Positions 37,933 to 52,389 of a DNA stretch of 64,000 bases are shown piece after piece. This stretch comes from Octopus sinensis. Lineage: Eukaryota. Where the stretch lies: assembly GCF_006345805.1 (NCBI RefSeq), contig NC_043000.1:41168001-41232000 (forward strand), in the 5' to 3' direction. How positions within the stretch are numbered: position 1 is the stretch's first letter; every line of letters begins with the position of its first letter. The translations under genes and the position numbers were made by a program. The notes beneath the pieces were generated by a model. The model was not told the origin of the DNA. It made no database searches and worked only from the letters and a program-made list of their open reading frames with translations.

Positions 37933-40900
37933 GAGATCGATAAAATAACTTAGCGGTTCGCCACAGGAGATCGATAAAATAACCTAGCGGTTCACCAAAT
38001 GTGATCAATAAAATAAGATAGCGGTTCGCCAATCATGATCTAAAAAATAACTTAGCGGCTCGCCAACGAAGATCTATAAAATTACCTTCAGGTTTGCCAA
38101 AGGGGATGGCTAAAATCACTTAGCGTTTCGCCAAAGGAGAACGATAAAATAACTTAGCCGTTCGCCAAAGGGTTTCGATAAACTAACTTAAAATAATTTA
38201 GCGGCTCACCAAAGGAGATCGATAAAATCACTTAGCAGTTCGCCAAACGTAATCGATAAAATAACATACCACTTAGCCAAAGAAAGTTCATAAAATATTT
38301 TAGCGGTTAGCCAAACGAAATTGATAATATAACTTAGCGGTTCGCCAAAGACGATCGATAAAATAACCTTGAGGTTCGACAAAAAATGGATAAAATAACT
38401 TAGCGATTCACCAAAGGAGGTCGATAAAATAACCTTGCGGTTCGCCAAACGACATCGAAAAAATAACTTAGAGATTCGCCAAAGAAGATCTATAAAATTA
38501 CCTTGAGGTTCGCCAAACGTGATGGATAAATAATTTAGCGGTTCGCTAAAGAAGCTCGATGAAATAACTTAGCGGTTCGCCAAAGGAGATCGATAAAATA
38601 ACTTAGCGGTTCGCCAAAGGAGGTCGATGAAATAACTTACCGGTTCGCCAAAGAAGATCGATAAAACAACATACCACTAAGCCAAAGAAAGTCCATAAAA
38701 TATTTTAGCGGGTCGCGAAAGAAGATCGATAAAAACACTTACAGGTTCGCCAAAGGAGGTCGGTGAAATAACTTAGCGGTTCGCCAAACGACATCGAAAA
38801 AATAACATAGAAATTGCCAAAGAAGATCGATAAAATAACTTAGCGGTTCGCCAAACGACATCGAAAAAATAACATAGAAATTGCCAAAGAAGATCGATAA
38901 AATAACTTAGCGGTTCGCCAAACGAGATCAATAAAATAACTTAGCGGGTCGCGGAAAGAAGATCGATAAAAAACACTTACCGGTTCGCCAAAGGAGGTCG
39001 ATGAAATAACTTAGTGGTTCGCCAAAGGAGATCGATAAAATAGCTAAGCGGTTCGCCAAACAAGATCGATAAAAACACTTACCGGTTCACCAAAGGAGGT
39101 CGTTGAAATAACTTAGCGGTTCGCCAAACGTGGTAGTTAAAATAACATAGCAGTTCGTCAAACGGGACGAACCGCTGTTATTGATGAAACGAATTAGCGG
39201 TTCGCCAAACAAGTTCGATAAAATGACCAAGCGGTTCGCCAAACGAGATAGATAAATTGACATAGCAGTTCTCCAAAATTACGATAGAATGACTTAGCAG
39301 TTCGCCAAACGAGATCGATAAAATGACTTAGCGAAGGTAATCGATAAAATAACCTAGCGGTTCGCCAAACTTATTCCATAAAATAATATTAGCGCTTTGC
39401 CAAAGGAGACGATAAAATAACTTAACGCTTCACCAAAGGAGATCCATAAAATAACCTAGCGGTTCTCCAAACGTGATCGATAATATAACTTAGCGGTTCA
39501 CCAAAGGATATCGATAAAATTATTAAGTGGTACGCCAAAGAAGATCGATAAAATAACTTAGCGGTTAGCCAAAGCTATTTATCGATTCACCAAAGGAGAT
39601 CCTCAACAAAGGAGATCGATAAAATAGCCTAGCTGTTCGCCAAACGTGATCGATTAAATACCCTAACGGATCACCAAACGTTATCGATAAAACAACATAG
39701 CGGTTCGCGAAAGAAGTTCGATAAAATAACTTAGAGGTTCGCTAAAGGATAGCGGTTCTCCAAATAAGATTCCTAAAATAACTTAGCGGTTCGCCAAATG
39801 GGATCGATAAAATAACATAGCGGTTCGCCAATGATAACCGATAAAATAATCTAGCAGTTCGACAAACTTAATCGATAAAATGACCTAGCGGTTCGCCAAA
39901 GGAGATCCATAACTTAGCACTTCACCAAACGTGATCGATAAAATAACTTAGCCATTCGGCTAAGAAGATCGATAAAATAACCTATCAGTTCCCCAAAGAA
40001 GATCGACAAAATATAGTAGCGCTTCGGCAAAGGAGAACGATAAAATAACTTAGGGGAACTATGAAATAATCTAGCGATTCGCCTAAAGTCATCGATAAAA
40101 TAACCTAGCACTACGCCAAAGGGTTCCATAAGATAAAATAGCGGTTCGCCAAAGGAGATCGATAAAATAACTTAGCGGTTCGCCAAACGAGAGCGATAAA
40201 ATAATTTACCGGTTCGCCAAAGAAGTCGATAAAATAACTTAGCGGTACGCCAAACGTGATCTATAAAATATCTTAGCGGTTCGAAAAACGAGAAAGATGA
40301 AATAACATAGCTGTTAGCCAAACGATAACGATAAAATAACTTAGCGGTTCGCCAAACGTGATCAATAAAATTACTTACCGGTTTGCCAAACAAGATAGAT
40401 AAAATGACTTAGCGGTTCGCGGAAGAAGTTCGATAAAGTGACCTAGCGGTTCACAACTCGCGATCGTTAAAATGACTAAGCCGTTCGCCAAACGAGATCG
40501 TTAAAATGACTTCGCGAATCGCAAAACAAGATCGATAAAATAACTTAGCGTTTCGCCAAAGAATTTTGATAAAAAGGCTTAGCGGTTCGCCAAAGGATAT
40601 TGATAAAATAACTTACCGGTTCGCCAAACGTGATCGATAAAATAACTTGCGTTTCGTCAAATAAGATCGAAGGTAATCGATAAAATATCTTAGCAGTGCG
40701 CCGAAGGTGATCGATAAAATAACTTAGCGGTTCGCCAAACATCATCGATAAAATAACATAGCGGGTCGCCAAAGAAGATCGATAAAATAATATAGCGGTT
40801 CGCCAAAGAAGATCAATAAAATAAGCGAGTTTCGCCAAATGGAATCGATAAAATAACATAACGGTTCGCTAAAGGAGATCGATTAAATAACTTAGCGGTT

Positions 40901-41977
40901 CGCTAAACTTAATCGATAAAATGACCTAGCGGTTCACCAAACAAGATCCATAAAATAACTTAACAGTTCGCCGAAGGTGATCGATAAAATAACTTAGCGG
41001 TTCGCGGAAGGTGATCGATAAAATAAACTAGCGTATTCGATAAATAACCTAGCGGTCCTCCAAACGTGATCGATAATATAACTTAGCGGTTTGCCAAAGG
41101 AGATCGATGAAATAATTTAGTGGTTCGCCAAAGGAGATCGATAAAATAACTTAGCGTTTCGCCAAACATTATTGATAAAATAGCCTGGCGTTTCGCCAAA
41201 GGAAATCGATAAAATAACTTACCGGTTCGCCAAAGGTGATGGACAAAAATAATTAGCGGTTCGTTAAAAAGGTCGATAAAATAACTTAGCTGTTCGCCAA
41301 ACATGATTGATAAAATAACATAGCGGTTCGCCATAGGTAACAATAAAATAACTTAGCGTTTCGCCAAAAGTGATTAATAAAATAACTTAGCAGATCGTCA
41401 AACGGCGTCGATAAAATAACTTAGCGGTTCGCCAAAGGATATCGATAAAATAACTTGGCGGTTCGCCAAATGAGATCGATAAAATAACTTAGCGGTTCGC
41501 TCAACGAGAATCGATAAAATAACATAGCGGTTCGCCAAAGGTGACCGATAAAGTATATTAGCGGTTCGCCAAACTTAATCGATAAAATGAACTAGCGGTT
41601 CGCCAAAGAAGATCCATAAAATAACTTAGCAGTTCGCCAAACGTGATCGATAAAATAACTTAGCGGTTCGGCAAAGAAGACCGAGAAAATAGTTTAGCGG
41701 TTCGCGAAAGTATCGTTAAAATATCTTAGCGGCTCGCCAACGTCGTCGATAAAATAATCTAGCGGTTCGCCAAAGGGTATCGATAAAATATCTTAGCGGC
41801 TCGCCAAACGTCATCGATATAATAACATAGCAATTCGCCAAAGAAGATAGATAAAATAACTTAGCGGTTCGCTAAAGGGGATCGATACAAATAACTAGTG
41901 GTTCGCCAAAGGATATCGATAAAATTATCTAGTGGTTCACCAAAGGAGATAAATAAAATAACTTAGCGGTTCGCTAA
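37933..41977 (+). repeat. 34-bp minisatellite array, ~4 kb, ~120 diverged units
   Basis: Consensus ttagcggttcgccaaaggagatcgataaaataac (exact at 38569-38602), head-to-tail with no spacers. Confidence 0.97.
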
Positions 41978-42220
41978 GTTCTCGAAGTGAATCAGCATGA
42001 CAGAGCGTGACAAGACTGTCCCTTCGAAATACAGAAACAACAGAAACAGGAAGAAAGAGTGAGAGAAAATTGTGCAGGGTTCGCCATCCCCCTACCGGAG
42101 CCACGTGGAGTTTTAAGTGTGTTCGTTCAATAAACACTCACAAAGCCCGGTCTGGAAATCGTAACCATGACCCAACTACCGCGAGTCCGCTGCCCTAACC
42201 AGTGACTACTGCACCTCCAC
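41978..42220 (-). mobile_element. tRNA-derived SINE (family F), truncated at the minisatellite
   Basis: Minus strand ggaggtgcagtagtcactggttagggcagcggactcgcgg head; tail portion cttgtcacgctctgtcatgctgattcacttcgagaac resembles the family B tail. Confidence 0.7.
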
Positions 42221-43022
42221 ATAGACTCACGTACATATACTAAGATAGCCACATAGAGACATACATTCACGTATGTCAGTCGTTACATATGCATAAACTT
42301 AGATGTTTCGACCAAAGATTGGTCCAGGCCATGTCTAACTTAATAGCACCACCTGATAGGATCCGTTATATGTGTGTATGTTTAATAAAGTAGATAGCGC
42401 GGAAAGAAACACATTATGAGACATATACACAATCATACACATACGCATATACACTCACAGAAAAGTACGTAGTCATATAAAAAATGTTATGTCGTTGTCG
42501 TAGTGGTAGAAAATGCCCTGTTGACAATAGAAAGATTATCTCTATGAAACGTTATATTGTTTTAATGGAAATGAAACGAAATGAAAATAATCGAAATGAA
42601 AATAAAATTTCGTATTGTCAATGACCAGCCCTCACATACATATATGAGTTTAATAGCGTACCTAACGCGGGAAGACACCCACTGTGAGACATATACACAC
42701 TCATACATTCACAGACAGATACACAGCCATACACAAAATATGACATCGTCGTCGTCGTGATTGTTAGAATTAAAAGTAAAAGTATAAAAGTGAAACAATA
42801 TATCAATACAGATCTTATTCTTTCGCTTTTATTCTTTGACTTCTGACATGTAATACCGAACCAGTGTCAATTTTGCATTGTTTTAATCCTAATGACAAAA
42901 AAAAAATATTACATGTTGATACTCTCGGAGTCTGATAGCATTACCAGGTAAAATTTGATTTGATTTGATTTGGTCGCGCCGTTTGAGAATGCATTGGGAA
43001 CAGACAGACATAGAGACAAAAG

Positions 43023-43076
<54 letters not shown>

Positions 43077-43543
43077 ATATATATATGTATACATATATAT
43101 GCATATATTTATGTGCATATCTATGTACAAACACAAATAAATATACACATGCAAACAGACATACATTTATGCATAAATGTGCGCGCGCGTGTACGTATGT
43201 GCATTTATGTGTTTTGAGTGACATAGAGTCAGCAAGTGAGGTATATAAATAGATAGATATATAAATAGAAAGAGAGAGAGAGAGACAGGGAGAGAGGTAC
43301 ATACATTCTAAAGTTCTAGGCAGTCAATGAAAGAAGAGAATGCTGACATAAAATGTACGTGTGACATTATGATTATTGACTAATAAAATATATACATGTA
43401 TATTAGTGTGTGTATGGGACTGTGTGTGTAAATGTGTGTATATTTATATGTATATATATTTGTCCATATATAAATACATATAAACATATGCGCATGCACA
43501 GATGTATGCGAATATATGCATACGGACACACACGTATATATAC

Positions 43544-43609
<66 letters not shown>

Positions 43610-44294
43610 CCATATGAGTTACATGAGTCAAGGAGTGTGACCTCAATACTACATTGAAGATTTATATAATCTGCAGAACTAATATTGTCGTTACTCAGTG
43701 TTTTACCAACTATTTGACATATCTCTTGTCTGTGTTTTCACTGAAAGACCGAAGTATTTTTAAACCGTAAATATACATGCATGTAGTCAAGTAATTGAAC
43801 ATTTGTGAAGGATTTATCCGCCTTTTTGCAGAAGTTTGTGTAGAGGGAAATAATTGGCTTCTAAGGTAGTGAGTTTGTTTTTGTTGGGTGAGCTTCTTTT
43901 ATAATTTCAGTGATTAATATAATTAATAATTTTATTAATAAAAAAGAAACGGTAATGATTTTCCCAAAGAAGAAATGATTAAAAAAAAGACAGTTCAGAT
44001 CTATTCAACGTGATATTCTGTGATTCATAAGGTTTTGTCTTCAGCAATAAGCATCAGTAACGAATATAGATACATGAAATTGCAGGTTTGTTGTTTCAGC
44101 CGGCACAGGTTTAAAGTGATGGTGAAATGGTCAACGGAAATTTGAACGGAAGCTTATTGAAATAGTGACATCTAGTGAAAATCTCTGATCTTGCGTTAAA
44201 ATACTTTGGTGAGCTAATTTATGTTTCTCTCCTCTGCCATGCACATATGACTTTTTTTCCTTGCTGTTTTTGTACGGTTTGCTCCATTTTACAA

Positions 44295-44435
44295 TTAGGT
44301 TGTCCCAAAAGTTCGTAAACACTTGCGAAAATTGAATTTTTACTCGCCAAGTACTAACAAAAACAACAAAAAATATTCCTCAAAATAAGGACCATTATTT
44401 TCCAAGACTTTCTACGAAATTTTGGGACAACCTTA
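44295..44435. mobile_element. mariner-type MITE, ~140 bp
   Basis: TIRs ttaggttgtcccaaaagttcgta and (reverse complement) taaggttgtcccaaaatttcgta, resembling mariner TTAGGTTG termini. Confidence 0.65.
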
Positions 44436-44718
44436 TATTTTCCAGTTAATTTGACAGGTTGCCGTTTCTCTTTCAACATTATACGTAAAGGAAGTGGTGT
44501 GGTACACTGCTTGAGCTTTGTTATGTATTGCGTATATTATCGACTGGTTTGCTTGAGTTTTTAGAAATAATTTCAGCTCCGTGCACAACTAAGTCGCGAT
44601 TACAAGATAGATTGAACGGGCCTACGTCGGCAGTTTCAAATAGCTCCGCTTGGAAATTGTTCAGCTATAGTTAGAGACAGGAAAGTATATATTTATTTGT
44701 ACTAGAAAGCTTATAGCG

Positions 44719-44924
44719 ATTCTTTTATTCTTTTACTTGTTTCAGTCATTTGACAGCGGCCATGCTGGAGCACCACCTTTAGGCGAACAAATCGACCCCA
44801 GGACTTATTCTTTGCAAGCCTAGTACTTATTCAATCGGTCTCTTTTTTGCCGAACCGCTAAGTTACAGGAACGTAAGCACACCAACATCGGTTATCAAGC
44901 GATAGTAGGGGTACAAACACCACA

Positions 44925-45010
<86 letters not shown>

Positions 45011-45215
45011 AGGTTTAGAGAATGATGTACAGGTATTTTATATTAGAAGTACCGCATTTCTTCTAATATATATATATATATATATATATGACGGGCTTCT
45101 TTCAGTTTCCATCTACCAAATTCACTCACAAGGCTTTGGTCGGCCCGAGGCGATAGAAGAAGACTGAACTCGGAACCATGTGGTTGGGAAGCAAGCTTCT
45201 TACCACACAGCCACT
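44719..45215 (-). mobile_element. SINE family A with expanded internal microsatellite and a ~60-bp insert
   Basis: Tail at 44719-44915, head at 45090-45215 (partly deleted), (CA)n/(TA)n between. Confidence 0.85.
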
Positions 45216-45606
45216 TCATCGAAGGTTTATTTGTTTAAAGAGGAACTAAAAATTGTTCAGCTAACATTATTAGCTAAAGTTTATAAAGCTACGGGTGACA
45301 AGATTTTTGTGTTATAAGTTATTTTTCGAATGAGTTTCCTGAAGTACTTATATATGTTACTGTCTGATTTAAGGGTGACTGCTTAGAAATCTGTAATTTG
45401 GGGGTTTTGCTTAAAGTCATTTTCAGGCCAAGGTGCTGATGAAATCCTTCCTAAATATATCTAACACTTGTCCAGTGGTGTGTGGTCTAACGGCCAACCC
45501 GTCATCCCTGCATCATCTAATTTTTCGAATTGGTGGATTTATATTTCAATATATAGAATAAGTACAGGCTGAACAGATCAAATGTTTTTGCACTGTAGTA
45601 TTAGCC

Positions 45607-45839
45607 TGACGGCGAGCTGGCAGAAACGTTAGCACGCCGGGCGAAATGCGTAGCCGTATTTCGTCTGCTACTACGTTCTGAGTTCAAATTCCGCCGAGGT
45701 CGACTTTCCCTTTCATCCTTTCGGGGTCGATTAAATAAGTACCAGTTACGCACTGGGGTCGATATAATCGACTTAATCCGTTTGCCTATCCTTATTTGTG
45801 CTCTCTGTGTTTAGCCCCTTGTGGGTAGTAAAAAAATAA
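45607..45839 (+). mobile_element. SINE family C, full length
   Basis: Same head and Nin-like domain as 9123-9349; flanking agtattag duplication. Confidence 0.88.
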
Positions 45840-46104
45840 GTATTAGTCTATAATGACGTCAAATGTACCTAAGTTTAAAGACTTGGCAACGGCCTGCTAG
45901 ATTTAGTCGCTATGTTCACTTCTATAAAGCTGAGCTCCTATCAAAGAGTGAAATCCGTCAAGCGAGCAAGATCATTTCTAAGTCTATTTAATCTATAGCA
46001 TTATATAGTAAAGCTTAGCACCTGATTAAGTAAACAAAATATGTGTTACTCACGGGTAGAAATGAACTATGACAAGCTGAATGAATCTGGCGTTCAGTTT
46101 CTTG

Positions 46105-46320
46105 CAGTGAGCAGGCAGAATTGTTAGCACGCCGGGCAAAATGTTTAGCGACATTTAGTCAGTCTTTACGTTCTGAGTTCTAACTCCACCGAAGTTGATT
46201 TTGCCTTTCATCCTCTCGGAGTCGATAAAATAAGTACTGACCAAGCACTGGGGTCAATGTACCGGACTTAACCCCTCCCCCAAAATTGCTGGCCTTGTGC
46301 CAAAATTTGAAATCATTATC
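46105..46320 (+). mobile_element. SINE family C-related, older subfamily
   Basis: gcagaattgttagcacgccgggc head, gcctttcatcctctcggagtcgataaaataagtac domain, different tail. A more decayed copy lies at about 47045-47220. Confidence 0.75.
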
Positions 46321-47760
46321 AAACAGATAATTACTGGGTTACTTTCGCTCCATTATTAGAATATTCATGCCTTTCTAATATTGTATGAATTGTTCTATCT
46401 TTGTCTTAGCTGAGCATATAATTTCACGCTTAAAATTAGTGTCAAAGTCGTTGCTATGATTCTTAATTCGGTAACATACCTTACGTTTCACATTCTTCTT
46501 CTCTGTTTTCCAATTTCCCTTTTTGAGCTATGGCACATGCCTCAGTTTCTATGTTTTTAGCTGTGTATAGTAGTCATTCTATAATTTTTATTGGTATTCT
46601 TGTTAAGGAACCTCTTGCATTTGGTATTATCTACTTCATAGTGGTAATTTATCTTATCAAAGAACACACAGGTATTAGTTGTAATCTTACATTTCTTAGT
46701 GTAGGCTCTAAGTGGTGTTGTAATTACGGATGTAAACTTAGCGGCCAAACCCAGGAAGTCTTTAATCTTAGAATGGCAGATTCTTATTTTACTGCAATTA
46801 TCATTTGAAGTTGTGTTGCTCTCAGAATCTTATACCTCTAAGGTAAAGAAGGAGTCATTAAAACAAAGTCTTCCAAAAATGTGCTTATCTCTCTTAGCTT
46901 GATGACAACCAGTCATAAAAACAGTTTAAATGATGATCCACCCTCCTCCATTACACACCATTGAGCGCTTGCCTCCGAACTATTTGGTCAAAGCTAAATA
47001 TCTCTATGACAAGCGCCCACTGGTTCTCCTGAATTCCACTCGTTCAACTTAGCGGCTTTTAGTTCGCCTTTACGCTTTGAGTTCAAATTCCGCAGAGGTC
47101 GACTTTGCCTTTCCTCCTCTCTGGGTAGATAAAAGAAGCATGATTTGAACACTAAAGTGAACGTAATCGACTTAGTTCCTCCCTAGAAATTGTTCTTGTT
47201 GCAAAATTTGAAACCAATATAGAATGTATTTCTCCTTAAATTCTATTGCTAGATACAATTAGTATTACTAGATATCCGATATTCTTCAGATTTTAAAGTT
47301 GTGGAATCGCTATCAAACCTTCGTCCGGAGAATATTTTAATGACATAGAAACGTGCACTTTGCTAAACGAAGAGCCACATTGAAAAAATACAGAAAAGTC
47401 GAGGAAAAAGAAAACATCACAACTTCCATTACATCCAAGTATGTTAAATAAGTTTCGACAAGAATCCTGCTCGCCACCGAGAAAGTAAGATATGCCTGCA
47501 AGTGGCAAGTTTACTAGTAAAGTCTCTAAGAAATTTATAATCATAAAATATTTCTACACAGATTAGATTTAAGAACGAAGTTCAAATATATATGATATCT
47601 AATAATTTTAATTCTAAAATTTAATAGAGCGGTTAATATCAGCTATATAAAGGATTTATCATGAAACATGAGTGAAATAAACTTTTAACATATTCGCAGT
47701 AATCCAATTATCTTGTATAAATACCACATTTAGAAGAGGCTCCTAACATTGCCATAACAG

Positions 47761-47818
<58 letters not shown>

Positions 47819-47837
47819 ATCTATCTATGTATGTATG

Positions 47838-47898
<61 letters not shown>

Positions 47899-47918
47899 GT
47901 CTGTCTGTCTGTCTGTCC

Positions 47919-47978
<60 letters not shown>

Positions 47979-48879
47979 GTCTGTCTGTCTGTCTATCTGT
48001 CTGTCAGCCTGTCTATCTGTCTGTTTTATGTCTGTCTATTTATTTTTACTTCTTTCTTTCTTTCTCTCTTTCTGTCCCTTTCCCTCTCTCTCTGTCTCTA
48101 TTTATATGTGTGTGCGTGCATGAGAGTGTGTATGAGCGTGCACAAAATCTAAATTCTTATAACGTCAAAAACATACAATTCTCGTTGTAAAAATTAAGCT
48201 TCTAAAATGGGATGAGATATTCGAAGGATCCTTTAGTCCAATATTAGAACACCTGTCTTATGTAAGAGTGTAAGTAAAAGCCCCATTCACGGCCTTCGAC
48301 CTTTTAACAATGTTTACACGCTATTGTTTATAGCTTTATCTGCTTCCAGATTCTCCATTCCCAAAAGAATTATTTCACGTTCTCTCGAAGTTTCATAATT
48401 CTTATGATGTCAACAATTTATAAATATATAATGTGTGCGTACATACATATATATAGAGAGAGCTATATGTGTGTGCATAATCATACAAATTCCTATATCT
48501 TTGTACTATTATCGCATCCCTAGTTACCCTTGAGCCACGGTTGAATAGTGGAGAAGTTCTCAACTGCATTATCATGTTTATCTGTTGGTCATCAATGATA
48601 GCCAATCAGTTTGCAAGATCCAGTGCGATTCAAACCATATTTTCTGATCGAGTGATAGAAATTTATCATATTGAATCGTGTTAATTTGTATGGCATTATA
48701 CCGTGTATATCGCAGAAAAAATTATGCGTTGGATCACGAGCTCGCACTACACGTCTGTACTCTAGGCGTCACAACCGGGAACTGACGCGATCTACCAGTG
48801 CGAAAAATTTTTCGCATGCGCAAGAAGTGTGACATTATCTCCCATCCGAAGATGGTGCTTCTCAAGCCCAAACCATCCA

Positions 48880-49250
48880 GAAGATTTAGCAGGCCTATCA
48901 CCAACACCACCTCCCTATCTGGATCTAACCAGTACACCCTCTACATTAGGAACTCCTCCTACACTTCTTCAAACCTTATTTACTGTATCAGGTGCAATCT
49001 TTGCAACAAACTGTATGTTGGTCAGACCGGTTCACCAAAAACCTACCAGACGTTCGTCTACGTAAGAACACCTCTGTCAACCGTCATTTTCGCTTGGCCG
49101 ACCATTCCATCACAAGCCTTACTGTCTTTGGCCTTACCCTACACCATAGGTCCACCAATACTAGACTTCACCTCGAATAGCACTGCATTTTCAGCCTACG
49201 CACTCAAACTCCTTTCGAACTCAACACAAACCCCTCCTTTCAGTGACTTT
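48880..49250 (+). mobile_element. Penelope-like element (Neptune-type) GIY-YIG endonuclease fragment
   Basis: SSNLIYCIRCNLCNKLYVGQTG, then after a frameshift VNRHFRLADHSITSLTVFGL...RLHLE...LRTQTPFELN. Confidence 0.75.
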
Positions 49251-50089
49251 TTCCACGCACCTTTTTTGAAAAAAAACTTTTTATTTTATTATATTTCTGT
49301 TAATTATTTATATAATACTTATTTCATTTGTTTTATCGTTTTCACGTTTATCTTTATATTCCTTTGCTTTATTCGTATTTAAAAAAATTTTAATTTGTGC
49401 TTTCAGTTTTTATTTTTAATTTGTAGTCTTAACTTAAGGTTTTAGTCACATACGCACAAACTCACACAAATACACATTCATGCGCACGCACACATATTCA
49501 TACATACACATACTCATATACACGCACACACCGACACACCTCCATACATCCTCATACATATACACATACACGGCCACACACACGTACGCTAGGCTACACT
49601 AACGCACTCACACACATGCACGCGCGCACACACACATATGCGTTCACACACATGATACACACAAACATACAGCACACAGATACATGCACAAACATACATG
49701 CACTTCCACACACACTCACATGCGCAAGGATAAGCACACATACCCACACGCACACAAGTACACACACACACATATATATATATATAGAGAGAGAGAGAGT
49801 GAGAGAGTAATGTACAGAGAGATACACACATGCACACATACGCACATGCACAGACACGCAGACACCTTCCCGTTCTGTCTACGCTCGTATGCAAACATAC
49901 ACACGCACAAAGATCCTACCACACACACACACACACACACAACTCACACAAACACAAACGCACAATTACTACCACTCACACACACACACACATGCTACCA
50001 CACACACACTGACCATCTTCACACATTTCTCTCCCCAAAATCCACTTTCTCTATCTCCTTCCACTTCTGGTCACTTCATAAATGTAACC

Positions 50090-50330
50090 ACACATGGGCC
50101 GTTGGCGATTTTCCTTCTTCTTCTTTGGACTTTTCCCTTTCTCCTTTCCGACGAAGCGCCATGCTCGAAACGTTAAAAACTCTCTCCTTTCACCGAGCCT
50201 CAATCTAATATAATTTTTGTGCACGTCCTCCCGTCTGTTTGTTTTTTGTTATTAATTTTTCGGGTCTTCTCTCTTTTCGTTTTTTACTTGTCTTTTGACT
50301 TTTTTGTTCGTTGAATTGACTATATATGAA
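50090..50330 (+). mobile_element. Probable PLE pseudo-LTR remnant with degenerate hammerhead core
   Basis: ccgacgaagcgccatgctcgaaacgtta at 50148-50175 downstream of the GIY-YIG fragment; a related tail (gagc..aa.ctaata) occurs near 1388-1402. Confidence 0.4.
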
Positions 50331-50530
50331 TATACATGTATAAGTATTATACACGCGCGCGTGCACACATACATATACACGCATATGCACACACATTTAC
50401 ATACATAGAAATACACTTATATTTTTTGAAAGGTTAGTCTAAATGAAAGGCAATGGCCAAGACCCTCAGAACCTCTGACAATAGTAGAAGAGAGGAGATT
50501 TCTTAAAGTATAGATCTAGTTTCTATGCTG

Positions 50531-50564
<34 letters not shown>

Positions 50565-50771
50565 TATATATATGTACATATGTGTCTGTGTGTGTGTAAC
50601 AAAACAGAAAGTTGGAAAAATCTTTTAGCATTAATTATTCACCATTACGCATGTTTGATTTGTCAATAAGAATGACAGTTTTATATGTTAGATAAAGGAA
50701 ACAGTTGGGATTTACTCTATCTACACAATATATGTATGTGTGTATTCGTGTGTGTGTGTGAGTGTGTGTGC

Positions 50772-50846
<75 letters not shown>

Positions 50847-50920
50847 ATGTATAAACATGCACGTGTGTAAATGTATACAAACGAACGGTCGAGATGAATA
50901 ATTTAAAGCTATTTAAATTA

Positions 50921-51292
50921 TCTCTCTCTATATAAACGGCAGTTTGTCTGTGTGTGTTTCTGTGTGTCTGTTAGGTTGTACCCTCACCCTGACCACGGCT
51001 TTCAACCGATTCTGATGAAACTTGACACACACATAGCCCAATGTCATAATTCAAAACTAACGCAGCGAAAATTTTGAAAAGTTCCCCCAGTTCTGAAAAA
51101 AATCGATAAATTCGACATGGGGTCGAGAATCAGAAACACAAACCACAGACTGTCTAGGGGACGCAACTCGACCTTTTTAACTAAAAAAGAAATTTACCAT
51201 CATTTTCTTTCCATTTTTTGGCTATAACTCTCTAAAAATGCTTTATAGTTATTTCCCTTACAAACCCGAGCAACGCCGGGCGATACTGCTAG
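50921..51292 (+). mobile_element. Non-autonomous Helitron, second copy
   Basis: A|TC start, hairpin and CTAG|T end; near-identical to 24341-24723. Confidence 0.85.
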
Positions 51293-52389
51293 TTGCTATT
51301 AAAATATGGACTATATGGGAATAAGATAGACAGAGGGATAAATCAGACTTTTCAATTTTAAAATGACATTGCAGGCAAAAATGTCCTTGAAAATTATTGC
51401 TGATAAAATTTCATTTTCCAAGTCTGACCTTATAGTTAAAACAACAGAAGATAATTTATTGTTTTTGTAGTTATACCTTGTCAGTAAACAAAATAAATAC
51501 ATGAAAATTAATATTTCAAAAATGGCGTAATTGCAGTTTTAGGAAATTTCTGTTGGGTTAATATTCTACAAAAAGAGAACGAATAGAAAATAAATAAAGA
51601 AAATAAATAAACATATGATTCATTGTAAAAAAAAAAAATACTGAACGTTATATCGGTACACCTGTCAGCTTGCTTATGAATAATGATATCTGGTCGCCTT
51701 AATAAAGGATCACGTTATCGTGTAAATTGCTGTTTTAGGCAATTCATGTGCTATAAATCATATCCGATATATCTTCTCTTGAGTTACAGTGTCTCCAGGT
51801 GAATATTAGAGTGACCTACATGGATTTCAGGTACTAATGAAAAAAAAAAAAACATGCTTGTTTGCTTATGCAGTTGTTGTTTACTTCTTGTTTAAACCCC
51901 CTATCTATGGATTGAATTGCATTATGATCAAAGGTATTCCGATTGTGACCTTCTTAACTTGGTTTGTTAAAGAATACACTGACCGATATCGTCTTTCTTT
52001 TTTAAAACTAGAATTTACTTCTAAAATATTTTGCTGCTATTTCTAGCAAGTTTATTATCCGTACATTGACCACATCCTTTGTTCATTGTTTTACTATTTC
52101 ATTTTGATGCTATCATTATTGCTGTTATTGTTTAACCGTATGTCAAACCCGATCAAGTAGGCTGATGATCAAAATCGATGATTTTATTTCTTCATATTTG
52201 TTGTCCTCACAAATTCATTTCATTCTCTTATGATGTGCAGTAATCATTTATCATTATTATTAATGGGTGAGAGAGCAGCGTATTCCCTTAAGTGACTCTT
52301 AGGTACAAATATATGGCGCTCAGTATACCCATCATGACTACTCGTCTCATAAGGGTATTGAGGTACATTCATCACAACCATATGTGCGC

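Noticed and set aside
37933-41977. CRISPR-like appearance of the 34-bp array
   Set aside because: Units are contiguous with no unique spacers, no cas genes are present and the context is eukaryotic.
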